DNA of 64,000 nt, from NCBI GenBank assembly GCA_030550235.1, contig JAUQPU010000002.1, positions 231,164 to 295,163 of the forward strand, given 5' to 3'. The notes beneath the pieces were generated by a model, which had not been told where the DNA came from, did no database searches, and saw only the letters and a program-made list of their open reading frames with translations. Position numbers and translations under genes: made by a program. The DNA comes from Thermoproteota archaeon (GTDB taxonomy: Archaea; Thermoproteota; Nitrososphaeria_A; Caldarchaeales; Calditenuaceae). How positions within the stretch are numbered: the stretch's first letter is position 1; every line of letters begins with the position of its first letter. Below are positions 18,120-27,274 of the stretch, piece after piece.

Positions 18120-19510
18120 TGCTATTAGATGATATGGTCTCCAGCGTTCCTAGAGTTCTTACGGTCGCCGGCTCCGATTCAGGAGGCGGAGCCGGGATTC
18201 AGGCAGATCTAAAGACCATAGCGGCTCTAGGGGGGCACGGAATGTCAGCAATAACCTCACTCACGGCCCAGAACACCCGCGAGGTTACAAGGATCGTCGA
18301 CCTTGACCCAGAATTCATCGCGGAGCAGATTAGGGTTTGCGTAAGCGACATAGGTGTTGACGCTGTTAAGACTGGGATGCTCCACACAACCGAGATCATC
18401 AGGGTTGTGGGCAGGGAGTTGAGGGGTCTTGACGTTCCGAAGGTCGTCGACCCGGTCATGGTTGCCAAGAGCGGCGCCAAGCTCTTACAGCCAGCCGCTG
18501 TCGACGAGCTTAAGAAGAGCCTCTTCCCCATCTCAACGGTCATCACACCAAACGCGAGCGAGGCAACGGTCCTAAGCGGTATCAGGATTACAGGTGAGGA
18601 GGACCAGAGAAGGGTTGCGAAGAGGCTTGCGGAGGAGTACGGCATACCTTCAGTGATTGTGAAGGGCGGTCATCTTCACGGCGACAGAGTTATAGACATA
18701 CTATACTATGACGGCTCATACTATAGATATGAGGTTCCGAGAATTGCCACTAGGGCCACGCATGGGACTGGCTGTGTCTTCGCCTCAGCCATAGCCACCG
18801 AGCTTGCAAAAGGTTCAACAATCCCCGAGGCCGCTAAGAAGGCGCAGAGCTTCGTCTACGAGGCCATTATGGGTGGATTCCTAATCGGCCAGGGGGCTGG
18901 GCCTGTAAACCCCATGAGCCAGGTCTTCAAACGCTCAGCCCTACTCGAGGCGCTGGCTAATGTCCGAGAGGCGGTCCAAAGGATCGAGGCGGCCGAGCAT
19001 GGGGGCGAGCTGGCCCCGGAGTCTGGGATTAACATAGCAGAGGCCCCGCTAGGCGCCACTAGTAGGGAGGAGGTGGTGGCGATACCGGGCAGGATCTCAA
19101 GGGTCTATAACAGGCTAAAGGTGGCCTCGCACCCTTGGATGGGAGGCTCAAGACATGTAGCAGACGCAGTCTTGACGATAATGCAGTACGACCATTCGAG
19201 GAGGGCGGCCATGAACATCAGATACTCTGAGGAGATACTTGCCGCGGCCCGGGAACTCGGGTTCTCTATCAGCTCATACGATAGGGCCCAGGAGCCCCCG
19301 GAGATCAAGTATGTCGAGGGCATGACGATTAAATGGGGGATTGCTAGAGCCTACGAGTCAGCCGGCAAAGTGACCGACATAATTTTCCACAGGGGAGATT
19401 GGGGTAAAGAGCCGATGATAACGATAACCGGTAGAAATAGCTTAGAGGTCGCAGATAAATTCTTCCTAATCCTCAAGAAATACCTTGAAAAAAGAAGGGG
19501 AAATTCTTAA
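18119..19510 (+). CDS. thiDN: bifunctional HMP/HMP-P kinase ThiD fused to archaeal thiamine-phosphate synthase ThiN
   Basis: N-terminal ThiD pattern (LTVAGSDSGGGAGIQADLKT...GVDAVKTGML). A C-terminal ~190-aa extra domain fits the ThiDN fusion typical of archaea. Confidence 0.75.
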   Translation: MLLDDMVSSVPRVLTVAGSDSGGGAGIQADLKTIAALGGHGMSAITSLTAQNTREVTRIVDLDPEFIAEQIRVCVSDIGVDAVKTGMLHTTEIIRVVGRELRGLDVPKVVDPVMVAKSGAKLLQPAAVDELKKSLFPISTVITPNASEATVLSGIRITGEEDQRRVAKRLAEEYGIPSVIVKGGHLHGDRVIDILYYDGSYYRYEVPRIATRATHGTGCVFASAIATELAKGSTIPEAAKKAQSFVYEAIMGGFLIGQGAGPVNPMSQVFKRSALLEALANVREAVQRIEAAEHGGELAPESGINIAEAPLGATSREEVVAIPGRISRVYNRLKVASHPWMGGSRHVADAVLTIMQYDHSRRAAMNIRYSEEILAAARELGFSISSYDRAQEPPEIKYVEGMTIKWGIARAYESAGKVTDIIFHRGDWGKEPMITITGRNSLEVADKFFLILKKYLEKRRGNS

Positions 19511-19770
19511 AGATGGCGGCGGAACAGTGTCAGAATAACTCAATATTTAACCAAGACGTAATACAACATAAACTTCATGGCACTATATTGTCGGATGGAC
19601 CAATAGAATTATAGTTTTCCCAGCCAAAAACAAAAATATAACATTTGGGCTTATATTTTGAGTAAATAATAATAAATTTCCGCTTAAATTTTAGGTTGAA
19701 TAACTACAATATAATTTTCCTTATAAGTTGAGAAGTTTATAGCGTCGCACCCGATACTATAGAACCAGTC

Positions 19771-20901
19771 ATGAGAGGCGTGGAGCTCGCTGTAGTCGGT
19801 GGAGGAGTGATAGGAGCATTTACAGCCTACTTCGCGGCAGAGAGGGGGTTTAGGGCTACACTCCTCGAGCAGGGTTACTTGGGAAGCGGGGCCAGCGGTA
19901 AATGCGCAGGAATCCACACAACACAGCTCGTACTACCCATCGACATAGAGCTTTCCAAGAGAAGCCAGGAGATCTATAGACGGGTGGCTCCCGAGTCTGT
20001 TGTGAGGACAGGGTTCCTCTCAATAGAGCCTGACTGGATGTCTAGATACTCGACAGAGCTCCTAAAAAGAGCAGGCATCAGGTACAGGGTTCTAAGTAAC
20101 AGGGAGGTGATGGACTGGATTGACTGGGTTAGAATTAGGGATTATGAGGTTGGCGTCTATACCCCTGACGATGCGGTAATCGATGTGTCGGGCCTCTTCC
20201 CCTCTCTGAAGGAGAGGCTGGAGGGGCTAGGCGTCAAGATATATGAGATAACCGAGATCACGGGTCTGGACCCTGAGCGGAGGATTCTCTACCTGAGAGG
20301 TGGGGAAAACCTTCCTTTCGACTACGCCGTTTTTGCGGCGGGTGCGTGGAATAGGGGACTTCTTGGCAGAAGCGGCGTCTGGAATGTGCCTGTCCTCGTC
20401 TATGCCTGTCAGGTGTTGTCATTTAATGTGGAGAGTGAGGTGCAGGATGTACCCATCTTTATCGAGGAGAGCCACGTATACATGAGGAGATTCGGAAGGA
20501 GAAACTTGCTGGTTGGTAACGGCTACGCTATAAAGCTTACATCCCCCTCAGACTGTCCACCCCACCCTTCGAGAGAGTTTATAAACGAACTTGGACAAAA
20601 GCTCTACGAAAGAGTCAGCCGGCCCGAGAACTATCGTCTCTCAGGCGGCTGGACTGGTGTCTGTAGCTCCTCGCCAGACGGCCGGCCCATAGTTGGAGAA
20701 GTTCCAGGTCATCCATGTCTCTACATCATAGACGGGCTTGATGGCTACGGCCTAATGAGGGGTCCAGCAATAGGCCAAGACCTTGTCGAGCTCATATCGG
20801 GAAGAGAGACTCCTGAATCCATTCGAGCCTTCAACCCTGCGAGGTTCATCAACTATTCCGGGGAGCCTGAGACTGTCATAGAGCTCCACTCATGGGTCTG
20901 A
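19771..20901 (+). CDS. FAD-dependent oxidoreductase (DAO family; glycine/sarcosine oxidase-like)
   Basis: Rossmann GxGxxG VVGGGVIGAFTAYFAAERG...LLEQG at the N-terminus. Length 376 aa. Confidence 0.75.
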   Translation: MRGVELAVVGGGVIGAFTAYFAAERGFRATLLEQGYLGSGASGKCAGIHTTQLVLPIDIELSKRSQEIYRRVAPESVVRTGFLSIEPDWMSRYSTELLKRAGIRYRVLSNREVMDWIDWVRIRDYEVGVYTPDDAVIDVSGLFPSLKERLEGLGVKIYEITEITGLDPERRILYLRGGENLPFDYAVFAAGAWNRGLLGRSGVWNVPVLVYACQVLSFNVESEVQDVPIFIEESHVYMRRFGRRNLLVGNGYAIKLTSPSDCPPHPSREFINELGQKLYERVSRPENYRLSGGWTGVCSSSPDGRPIVGEVPGHPCLYIIDGLDGYGLMRGPAIGQDLVELISGRETPESIRAFNPARFINYSGEPETVIELHSWV

Positions 20902-20904
20902 TAA

Positions 20905-21099
20905 TCACTCCCTCCTCGCTGCCTTTGAGGTCTTTAGCTCTACGATCTTTCGCCTCGCCTCATCAGCTGAGCTGGCAGTGGCAACTACATAGTCGGCCTT
21001 TAGAGTAGTTGTGTTGCCGCAGCTAAAGCACTTAAAGGTTCGCTGGCCCTTGATAAGCCTGTAACTCCCACACCTCGGGCAGTGGACGATGAGGTACAC
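20905..21099 (-). CDS. small zinc-ribbon protein
   Basis: CPRCGS...CFSCGN within 64 aa, basic C-terminus. Confidence 0.5.
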   Translation of the reverse strand: MYLIVHCPRCGSYRLIKGQRTFKCFSCGNTTTLKADYVVATASSADEARRKIVELKTSKAARRE

Positions 21100-21181
21100 T
21101 CTACTTCCCCCTAAAACCCTAGATTCGGTAGATAACTAATTAATAACCAAGGTGTGTTAAGGCCTTCTTGGGAGCAGAGTT

Positions 21182-23188
21182 ATGGATGGTTTGCCGGCTA
21201 GGGAGAATTTCGTACTGATGCCTGCCGGGACTGAGATTCTAATCTATGTAGTCCTCACACCCTTTGCCCTCGTCTTTCTCTACGGCCTCTACATCAGATT
21301 AAGAGGCTATGACCTGGGCTATCTCTGGCGTGTCTTCAAAATGAACCCCAGCGGCTTCGTCAAGTCCATGATAGAGTTTGCCTGGGCTCAGAGGAGGATT
21401 CTCCGAGACGTTAGAGCCGGGCTAATGCATCTCCTCATTTCCTATGGGACCCTTGTACTCTTCATCGGGACAACACTTGTATTCATAGACCAGGACATAT
21501 TGAAGCCACTAAGGACACGGCTACTTGTAGGGGACTTCTACCTTGTCTTCGAGATACTACTCGACGCATTTGGTGTGTTATTCCTAGCCGGCCTGGCATA
21601 TGCTCTGGTTAGGAGGGGGTATACGAGGCCAAGCCGCCTCAGCTATAGGAGGGAGTATTCTGCTCTACTCTCCCTTCTCTTCTTCATAGGAGTTACAGGG
21701 TTTATCCTAGAGGGGATTAGGATATATCTGCGCAACCCCGCTTGGGGCCTCTACTCTCCGGTCGGAGCCCTCTTAGCCGTGTTCATGAATAGCCTGAGCC
21801 TTGATGCCGAGGCCGCTGCACTGGCGTATAGGGGTCTCTGGTGGGTGCACGCGGTCGTCTCATTCAGCGGCGTCGCAGCCCTGCCATATACCAACCTACT
21901 CCACATTCTAGCTGCTTCACTAAACGTTGCAGTGAATAAGCAGCATGCGAGGACGCCTGGTCTAATCGAGACACCATTCATACTCAGCAAGCTTGACCTC
22001 GAGTCGGGCCTTCCGCCGGTGGGTATTGAGAGTGTCTCAGACCTTAAGCCGCGCCAGATATTGCAGGTCGACGCGTGCACGGATTGTGGGAGGTGTGATG
22101 AGGTCTGCCCCGCGCTGATGGCTGGGACCCCCCTCTCTCCCCGCATGATCGTGCAGAAGCTGAGAGGGGCATGGTGGAATGGTGTGGCTGATAACTTATT
22201 CGAAAACAACACCTTCACACTCGAGGAGGTTTACGCGTGTACAACCTGCGGGGCCTGCGAGTACGCCTGCCCAGTCCTCATAAGTCCCATGGAGCTGATA
22301 ATAGAGCTGAGGAGGGCGCTCGCACTCCGAGGGAATGTCACAAAGAAGGGCGTCGAGACCCTCTCGAACCTCGCTAGGACTAGGAACCCCTACGGGCTTG
22401 GTCAGGCCGAGAGGGCAAGGCTTCTCGAGGAGCTTGTACAGCTTGGTGCTAGGAGGGTTGAGGAGGTTGAGTCTGTCGAGATGGTATACTGGATTGGATG
22501 CGTGGGCGCCTATGACCCTAGGGCGAGGGAAGTGGTCAAACAGGTGGTCAAGCTCCTTATCTCCGCGGATGTCAGATTCGCCGTGATGTCAAGCGAGGAG
22601 GTGTGTAACGGAGACCCAGCTAGGAGGCTCGGAGAAGAGGGGAGGTTCCAGGAGCTTGCAGAAGAGGTGATCAGCCTCCTAGAATCCAAGGGAGTTAAGG
22701 TGATCATAACCCACTGCCCCCACTGCTTCGACATATTCTCCAGGCAGTACAGTGACCTGGGAGCTAAGTTCAAAGTCACAAGCCACATCAAACTCCTCCA
22801 CAGCCTCTATAAGGAGGGGAAGGTCAAGCTAGCCCAGCAGGCTCGCCTCGCAATCCACGACTCATGCATATTTGCCCGTATGCACGGTGTCGTCTCTGAG
22901 CCCAGGGAGTTGCTGAGCGGGGCGGAGCTTAGGGAGCCTGGGAGGAGGGGTAGGGAGACGATGTGCTGCGGGGCGGGCGGCGGAAACTATTGGCTCGATA
23001 TAAAGAGGACTAGACGCGAGAACCTGCTGAGGCTGGAAGAGCTTCTGAGGACAGGAGCGGAGACGGTTGTCACAGAATGTCCCTTCTGCCTGGCCATGCT
23101 CGAGGATGCTAGGAGGGTTCTGGGGGTGGAAGACCGTGTAAGTATTAGGGACATCTCCGAACTCCTTAAACCCGTCGAGAGGGATTGA
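21182..23188 (+). CDS. membrane-bound Fe-S oxidoreductase: NarI/DsrM-like cytochrome b domain fused to an HdrD/DsrK-like subunit (2x[4Fe-4S] + two CCG domains)
   Basis: N-terminal 5 TM helices with conserved His. CTDCGRCDEVCP and CTTCGACEYACP ferredoxin motifs. CCG-type Cys motifs (CNGD..., CPHCF, CCGAGGG, CPFC). Confidence 0.75.
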   Translation: MDGLPARENFVLMPAGTEILIYVVLTPFALVFLYGLYIRLRGYDLGYLWRVFKMNPSGFVKSMIEFAWAQRRILRDVRAGLMHLLISYGTLVLFIGTTLVFIDQDILKPLRTRLLVGDFYLVFEILLDAFGVLFLAGLAYALVRRGYTRPSRLSYRREYSALLSLLFFIGVTGFILEGIRIYLRNPAWGLYSPVGALLAVFMNSLSLDAEAAALAYRGLWWVHAVVSFSGVAALPYTNLLHILAASLNVAVNKQHARTPGLIETPFILSKLDLESGLPPVGIESVSDLKPRQILQVDACTDCGRCDEVCPALMAGTPLSPRMIVQKLRGAWWNGVADNLFENNTFTLEEVYACTTCGACEYACPVLISPMELIIELRRALALRGNVTKKGVETLSNLARTRNPYGLGQAERARLLEELVQLGARRVEEVESVEMVYWIGCVGAYDPRAREVVKQVVKLLISADVRFAVMSSEEVCNGDPARRLGEEGRFQELAEEVISLLESKGVKVIITHCPHCFDIFSRQYSDLGAKFKVTSHIKLLHSLYKEGKVKLAQQARLAIHDSCIFARMHGVVSEPRELLSGAELREPGRRGRETMCCGAGGGNYWLDIKRTRRENLLRLEELLRTGAETVVTECPFCLAMLEDARRVLGVEDRVSIRDISELLKPVERD

Positions 23189-23901
23189 GTGCGAGGGAGG
23201 AGAAGCAGAGGATAAGGGAGCGCGTCTGGGCACTGCTTTTAAGGGAGGGTGTCGCGCGTCCTCCATTCCCCATCCAGGGCAGGATACCGAACTTCCAGGG
23301 AGCAGAGGCAGCGGCACAGAGGCTACTCCAGCTGCACCATTTCAAATCTGCGCGGACCGTGAAGGTGAACCCAGACTCTCCGCAGCGCCACGTGAGGGAG
23401 CTGTGCCTGAGGAGTGGAAAGACACTTGTCATGCCGACTCCAAGGATACGCGGTGGGTTCCTCCTGCTCGAGCCCTCAAGAATCGACGCCTCAGAATACA
23501 GGCTTGCATCCACGATTAGGGGAGGGTTCATATATGGTGAGAGGGTTGAGCCTGAGAGTCTCGGGAGTGTTGACGTTATTGTGGCTGGCTCTGTCGCGGT
23601 CTCGCTAGCAGGGGCCAGGGTGGGGAAGGGCGAGGGTTACTCGGAGATAGAGTACGCTATATTGAGGATGCTTGGCAAGGTTCACGACGAGACACCAATT
23701 ATAACAACAGTCCACACTATACAAATTGTGGATATAATCCCTCTGGAGGAGTTTGACGTCCCAGTCGACTACATAGCCACAGAGAAGAGCCTAATAGCTA
23801 CTGGGACAACCATCCAAAAGCCAAGGGGCATCCTCTGGCATCTACTCGAGGAGAAGAAGATCGAGGAGATTCCTCTTCTTAAGAGGCTTAGAAGAGCTTG
23901 A
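23185..23901 (+). CDS. 5-formyltetrahydrofolate cyclo-ligase family protein
   Basis: N-terminal EKQRIRERV helix and a GxGxGYYD-type motif (GARVGKGEGYSEIEYA). Confidence 0.65.
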   Translation: MSAREEKQRIRERVWALLLREGVARPPFPIQGRIPNFQGAEAAAQRLLQLHHFKSARTVKVNPDSPQRHVRELCLRSGKTLVMPTPRIRGGFLLLEPSRIDASEYRLASTIRGGFIYGERVEPESLGSVDVIVAGSVAVSLAGARVGKGEGYSEIEYAILRMLGKVHDETPIITTVHTIQIVDIIPLEEFDVPVDYIATEKSLIATGTTIQKPRGILWHLLEEKKIEEIPLLKRLRRA

Positions 23902-23958
23902 ATAACTCGGAGTAGGCTAAACATTTATAGGATTCGCCGCCAGATACTAATCAGACTG

Positions 23959-24294
23959 ATGGCCACGCTCATAACATCTATAATCGACCCGCTAGTAATC
24001 CTGATCATCATGCTCACGAGTATCGTGCTCCCTGCCCTTCTACTTAGAAGGGAGAGGATGACTGGTGGTAGTGTTCCAAGGAACTACATCGAAGAGATAG
24101 ATGCCTTCTTTAACGAGGCTGCGGACGAGAAGCCGGTTGACGCCGTAGAGACGCTCCTTATAGCATATGCTGATCTGGGTGTATTGAGGGGTTGGAGGGC
24201 TGGGCTCTGGAGGGTCCTCTTAGCAGGCCGGCTCACCAGGCTTCTCCCAGCCCGCATATACAGGTGGATCCTAGGCCGTCTAGTCAATAGGTAG
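23959..24294 (+). CDS. small membrane protein
   Basis: Hydrophobic N-terminus (LVILIIMLTSIVLPALLL). Length 111 aa. Confidence 0.35.
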   Translation: MATLITSIIDPLVILIIMLTSIVLPALLLRRERMTGGSVPRNYIEEIDAFFNEAADEKPVDAVETLLIAYADLGVLRGWRAGLWRVLLAGRLTRLLPARIYRWILGRLVNR

Positions 24295-24308
24295 GGGGTG
24301 AATAAGGT

Positions 24309-25262
24309 GTGGAGAAGCTGTCTTGGATAAGGGATTTGGCTGAGAGGGTTAGGGCGGAGATACATAAGTCGATTGTGGGGATGGACACGGCTATTGACTC
24401 GCTTCTAATCTCTCTCCTCGTCCAAGGTCATGTCCTGATTGAGGGTGTACCGGGTCTTGCAAAGACGTACCTAGCCAAGGCCTTCGCAAACACCCTCTCA
24501 CTATCATTCAAGAGGATACAGTTCACAAACGACCTCCTGCCAAGTGACATAGTTGGTGGGATGATCTTTGACCGTCGTAGTGGGGAGTTTGTATTCAGGC
24601 CTGGGCCTATATTCGCAAACATAGTCCTCGCCGACGAGATTAACCGGGGGGCGCCGAGGACACAGTCCGCCCTCCTCGAGGCCATGCAGGAGTTCCAGGT
24701 GACTGTTGAGGGGAAGACATACCAACTCCCCCGACCATTCATGGTCATTGCAACTCAGAACCCCATTGAGCTTGAGGGAACATACCCACTCCCAGAGGCC
24801 GAGCTTGACAGATTCCTGGTCAGGGTTCTCGTCAACTATCCCAGCCGAGACGAGGAGATCGAGATTCTTAGGCTTAAGAATAGGCACGGCGAGGAGCTCA
24901 ACATCTCCCCGGTCGCGGATGCTAGGCAAGTCTTGGAAGCTATTGACGCTGTGAAGACCGTGTATATTGACGACGACGTTCTAGGATATATTGTTGACAT
25001 TGTGAGGGAGTCGAGAAGCTTGCCCGACGTAGTTATGGGGGCTAGCACGCGGGCTGAGACAGCCCTACTCTATGGCTCAAAGGCATATGCGGCAATGATG
25101 GGTAGAGACTACGTGATACCGGATGACGTGAAATACGTCACACCCCTAATACTCAACCATAGGATAATTCTGAGGAGGCAGGTCTCCTCTATTGGCAGGG
25201 AGGAGCATGAGACAATGCTCTTCGCCAGGAAAGTGCTTGAGAAGGTGGAGGCACCCAAGTAA
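24309..25262 (+). CDS. MoxR-family AAA+ ATPase
   Basis: GTG start. Walker A GVPGLAKT, Walker B LADEINR, sensor/arginine region. Length 317 aa, typical MoxR. Confidence 0.85.
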   Translation: MEKLSWIRDLAERVRAEIHKSIVGMDTAIDSLLISLLVQGHVLIEGVPGLAKTYLAKAFANTLSLSFKRIQFTNDLLPSDIVGGMIFDRRSGEFVFRPGPIFANIVLADEINRGAPRTQSALLEAMQEFQVTVEGKTYQLPRPFMVIATQNPIELEGTYPLPEAELDRFLVRVLVNYPSRDEEIEILRLKNRHGEELNISPVADARQVLEAIDAVKTVYIDDDVLGYIVDIVRESRSLPDVVMGASTRAETALLYGSKAYAAMMGRDYVIPDDVKYVTPLILNHRIILRRQVSSIGREEHETMLFARKVLEKVEAPK

Positions 25263-26567
25263 ATGCTTACAAGGGAGGGTGCCCTACTCCTAATCAGCCT
25301 CTCAGGCTGGATAATATTCATCTCCACACTACTTTACCATCCCTTCATCTTCCTAGCCTCCTTCTTCCTACAGACATTCTTCACTACCTACATCCTACTA
25401 GCTAATAGGAAGCTTCGGAGGCTAGACTTCAGTGGCCTCAAAGTCGAGCGGGCTGTTGAGCCCCAAAGAACTGGTGACAAGACCCGCTTGAAGGTGACGC
25501 TGGTAGTGAAGCTTGACGGCGAAGGCAGGCTCTACATACAGGCGATCGAGAGGCCGCCATATGGGACACATCTGATGGAGGGGTCGCTAAGACCTGAGGG
25601 CGCCGTGGGAGATGGACAGACTCTCAGCTCTTCATATGTTCTAGAGGTCTCACCCTCAATGGGACTTGTACGATTCGGAAAGATCACGCTACGAATACAC
25701 GACCCGCTTAGGCTCTGCTACGTCTCCAGGGAAATGGAGGGTGAGCAGGAGGTATTCATCCCATTGGGGGAGCAGCTGGTTGGAGCCGTCTATGGCAGGC
25801 TCCGGGCATCGTGGATTAGGCCGCCCATGGGGCTGGGTTTTAGAGGGCTTGTCGGCTATGACGACGAGTTCTCAGGCGTCAAGTCCTACGAGCTGGGCGA
25901 CAGGATCAGAGATATTCACTGGATGAGATATGCCCAGCAGGTCGACGAGGCGGAGATAGTGGCGAAGAAGTATGTCAAGAAGGGCGAGGTGACGCTCCAC
26001 ATAGTCGTCGACTGCTCACCATCCATAAACGCCGGGGAGGATGCCTCGCTCGTCACGGACATCTCCACGCTCCTCCGCCGGCTATGTCAGACAGCAGAAG
26101 AGGAGGGGAACCCTGTACAGTTCTGGCTGATAAACCCCGAGCTAAACCAGGCTGAGAAGGTCTCGCACCGCAGATTATTCTCAAGAGTGGCGATGGAGCA
26201 GTATATCGCGAGGGTCTTTCCATCTAGGGGGAAGGATGACGGAAAGATAGCAGAGGCCTTCTCTAGGGCTATCAAGGGCTCGAGCGTTGTCTTCTTTATC
26301 GTTAACCCGCCTTCGCCTAATGTGGAGGTGGTTGAGGATATGATTGAGACCTGTAGGGAGGCTGGTGCGAGATATGTCATATGCGTCCCCGACATGTCTA
26401 GCTACTTCTCAAGCCCCTCGGAACAGACCGACCGGCTCTTGGAGCTGGACAGGTTCTTCAAGGATAAGTGGGTCTCGAGGTTTAAGGATAGGGGCTCAGT
26501 CATCGAGATTAGGAAGGGGTTTGCGGTTGACATCACGAGGGAGGCTTTGAGGAGGGGGAGTGAATGA
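25263..26567 (+). CDS. DUF58-family protein (vWA-like partner of MoxR) with N-terminal TM hairpin
   Basis: Signature YELGDRIRDIHWMRYAQ. Starts at the TAAATG junction with moxR. Confidence 0.7.
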   Translation: MLTREGALLLISLSGWIIFISTLLYHPFIFLASFFLQTFFTTYILLANRKLRRLDFSGLKVERAVEPQRTGDKTRLKVTLVVKLDGEGRLYIQAIERPPYGTHLMEGSLRPEGAVGDGQTLSSSYVLEVSPSMGLVRFGKITLRIHDPLRLCYVSREMEGEQEVFIPLGEQLVGAVYGRLRASWIRPPMGLGFRGLVGYDDEFSGVKSYELGDRIRDIHWMRYAQQVDEAEIVAKKYVKKGEVTLHIVVDCSPSINAGEDASLVTDISTLLRRLCQTAEEEGNPVQFWLINPELNQAEKVSHRRLFSRVAMEQYIARVFPSRGKDDGKIAEAFSRAIKGSSVVFFIVNPPSPNVEVVEDMIETCREAGARYVICVPDMSSYFSSPSEQTDRLLELDRFFKDKWVSRFKDRGSVIEIRKGFAVDITREALRRGSE

Positions 26568-27274
26568 GGGCACGGCTAGTCGAGACGTCTTTGATGGCTG
26601 GAATCCTCCTCACGCCCCTACTCCTAAACCTGGACTATCTAGCCCGCATCTCCCTTACACCCTTCCTAATCCTCGGATGTCTCTCCCTCCTCTCGACCTA
26701 TCTCCCAGCCAAATATCAACACCTGATAATCCCACTCATATATCTGCCAGCCATCACGAGCCTCGTAATACTTGTTCTGGAGAGGATTCCACAATATATA
26801 ATAGACCTGGCCAGCGGATACTTGATCAGCATACCGTTTATATCCATGATCGGCCTTATCAAAAGCCCCAATCTCAGAACCACTGTTATAAGCTACATCA
26901 CGAGCCTCACAAGCTCCTATCTAGTCTGGGTAATAGCGATAGAGTCTACAGAACACGGTGGACAGCTGTTCCTCTCCCTGATAAACGTGTTCATCAGCAG
27001 GGAGGCGTGGGAGAGGCCCCAACCCCCCCAGATCTTCGCGGCTCTAACCGCTTTCTCATCCATAGCACTGGTCATATACCTCTGGCGGTCTTATGGAGCT
27101 GTGTTTAGACGGGAGCAGGGAGATGCCCTCTTACTATCAGCCACAGCGGCAAGCCTCGCGGTGGCCTCGGTAGTTCTCTACTCCCTATTTTATGATGACT
27201 CGGTGGCATTGGGACTTATCATCGCGGCCTCCCTAACCCTAGCCGCTACACTGAAGGTTGGTGTATTGAAGTGA
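26564..27274 (+). CDS. polytopic membrane protein, unknown function
   Basis: Six or more hydrophobic helices. Its start overlaps the stop of the upstream gene. Confidence 0.5.
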   Translation: MRARLVETSLMAGILLTPLLLNLDYLARISLTPFLILGCLSLLSTYLPAKYQHLIIPLIYLPAITSLVILVLERIPQYIIDLASGYLISIPFISMIGLIKSPNLRTTVISYITSLTSSYLVWVIAIESTEHGGQLFLSLINVFISREAWERPQPPQIFAALTAFSSIALVIYLWRSYGAVFRREQGDALLLSATAASLAVASVVLYSLFYDDSVALGLIIAASLTLAATLKVGVLK

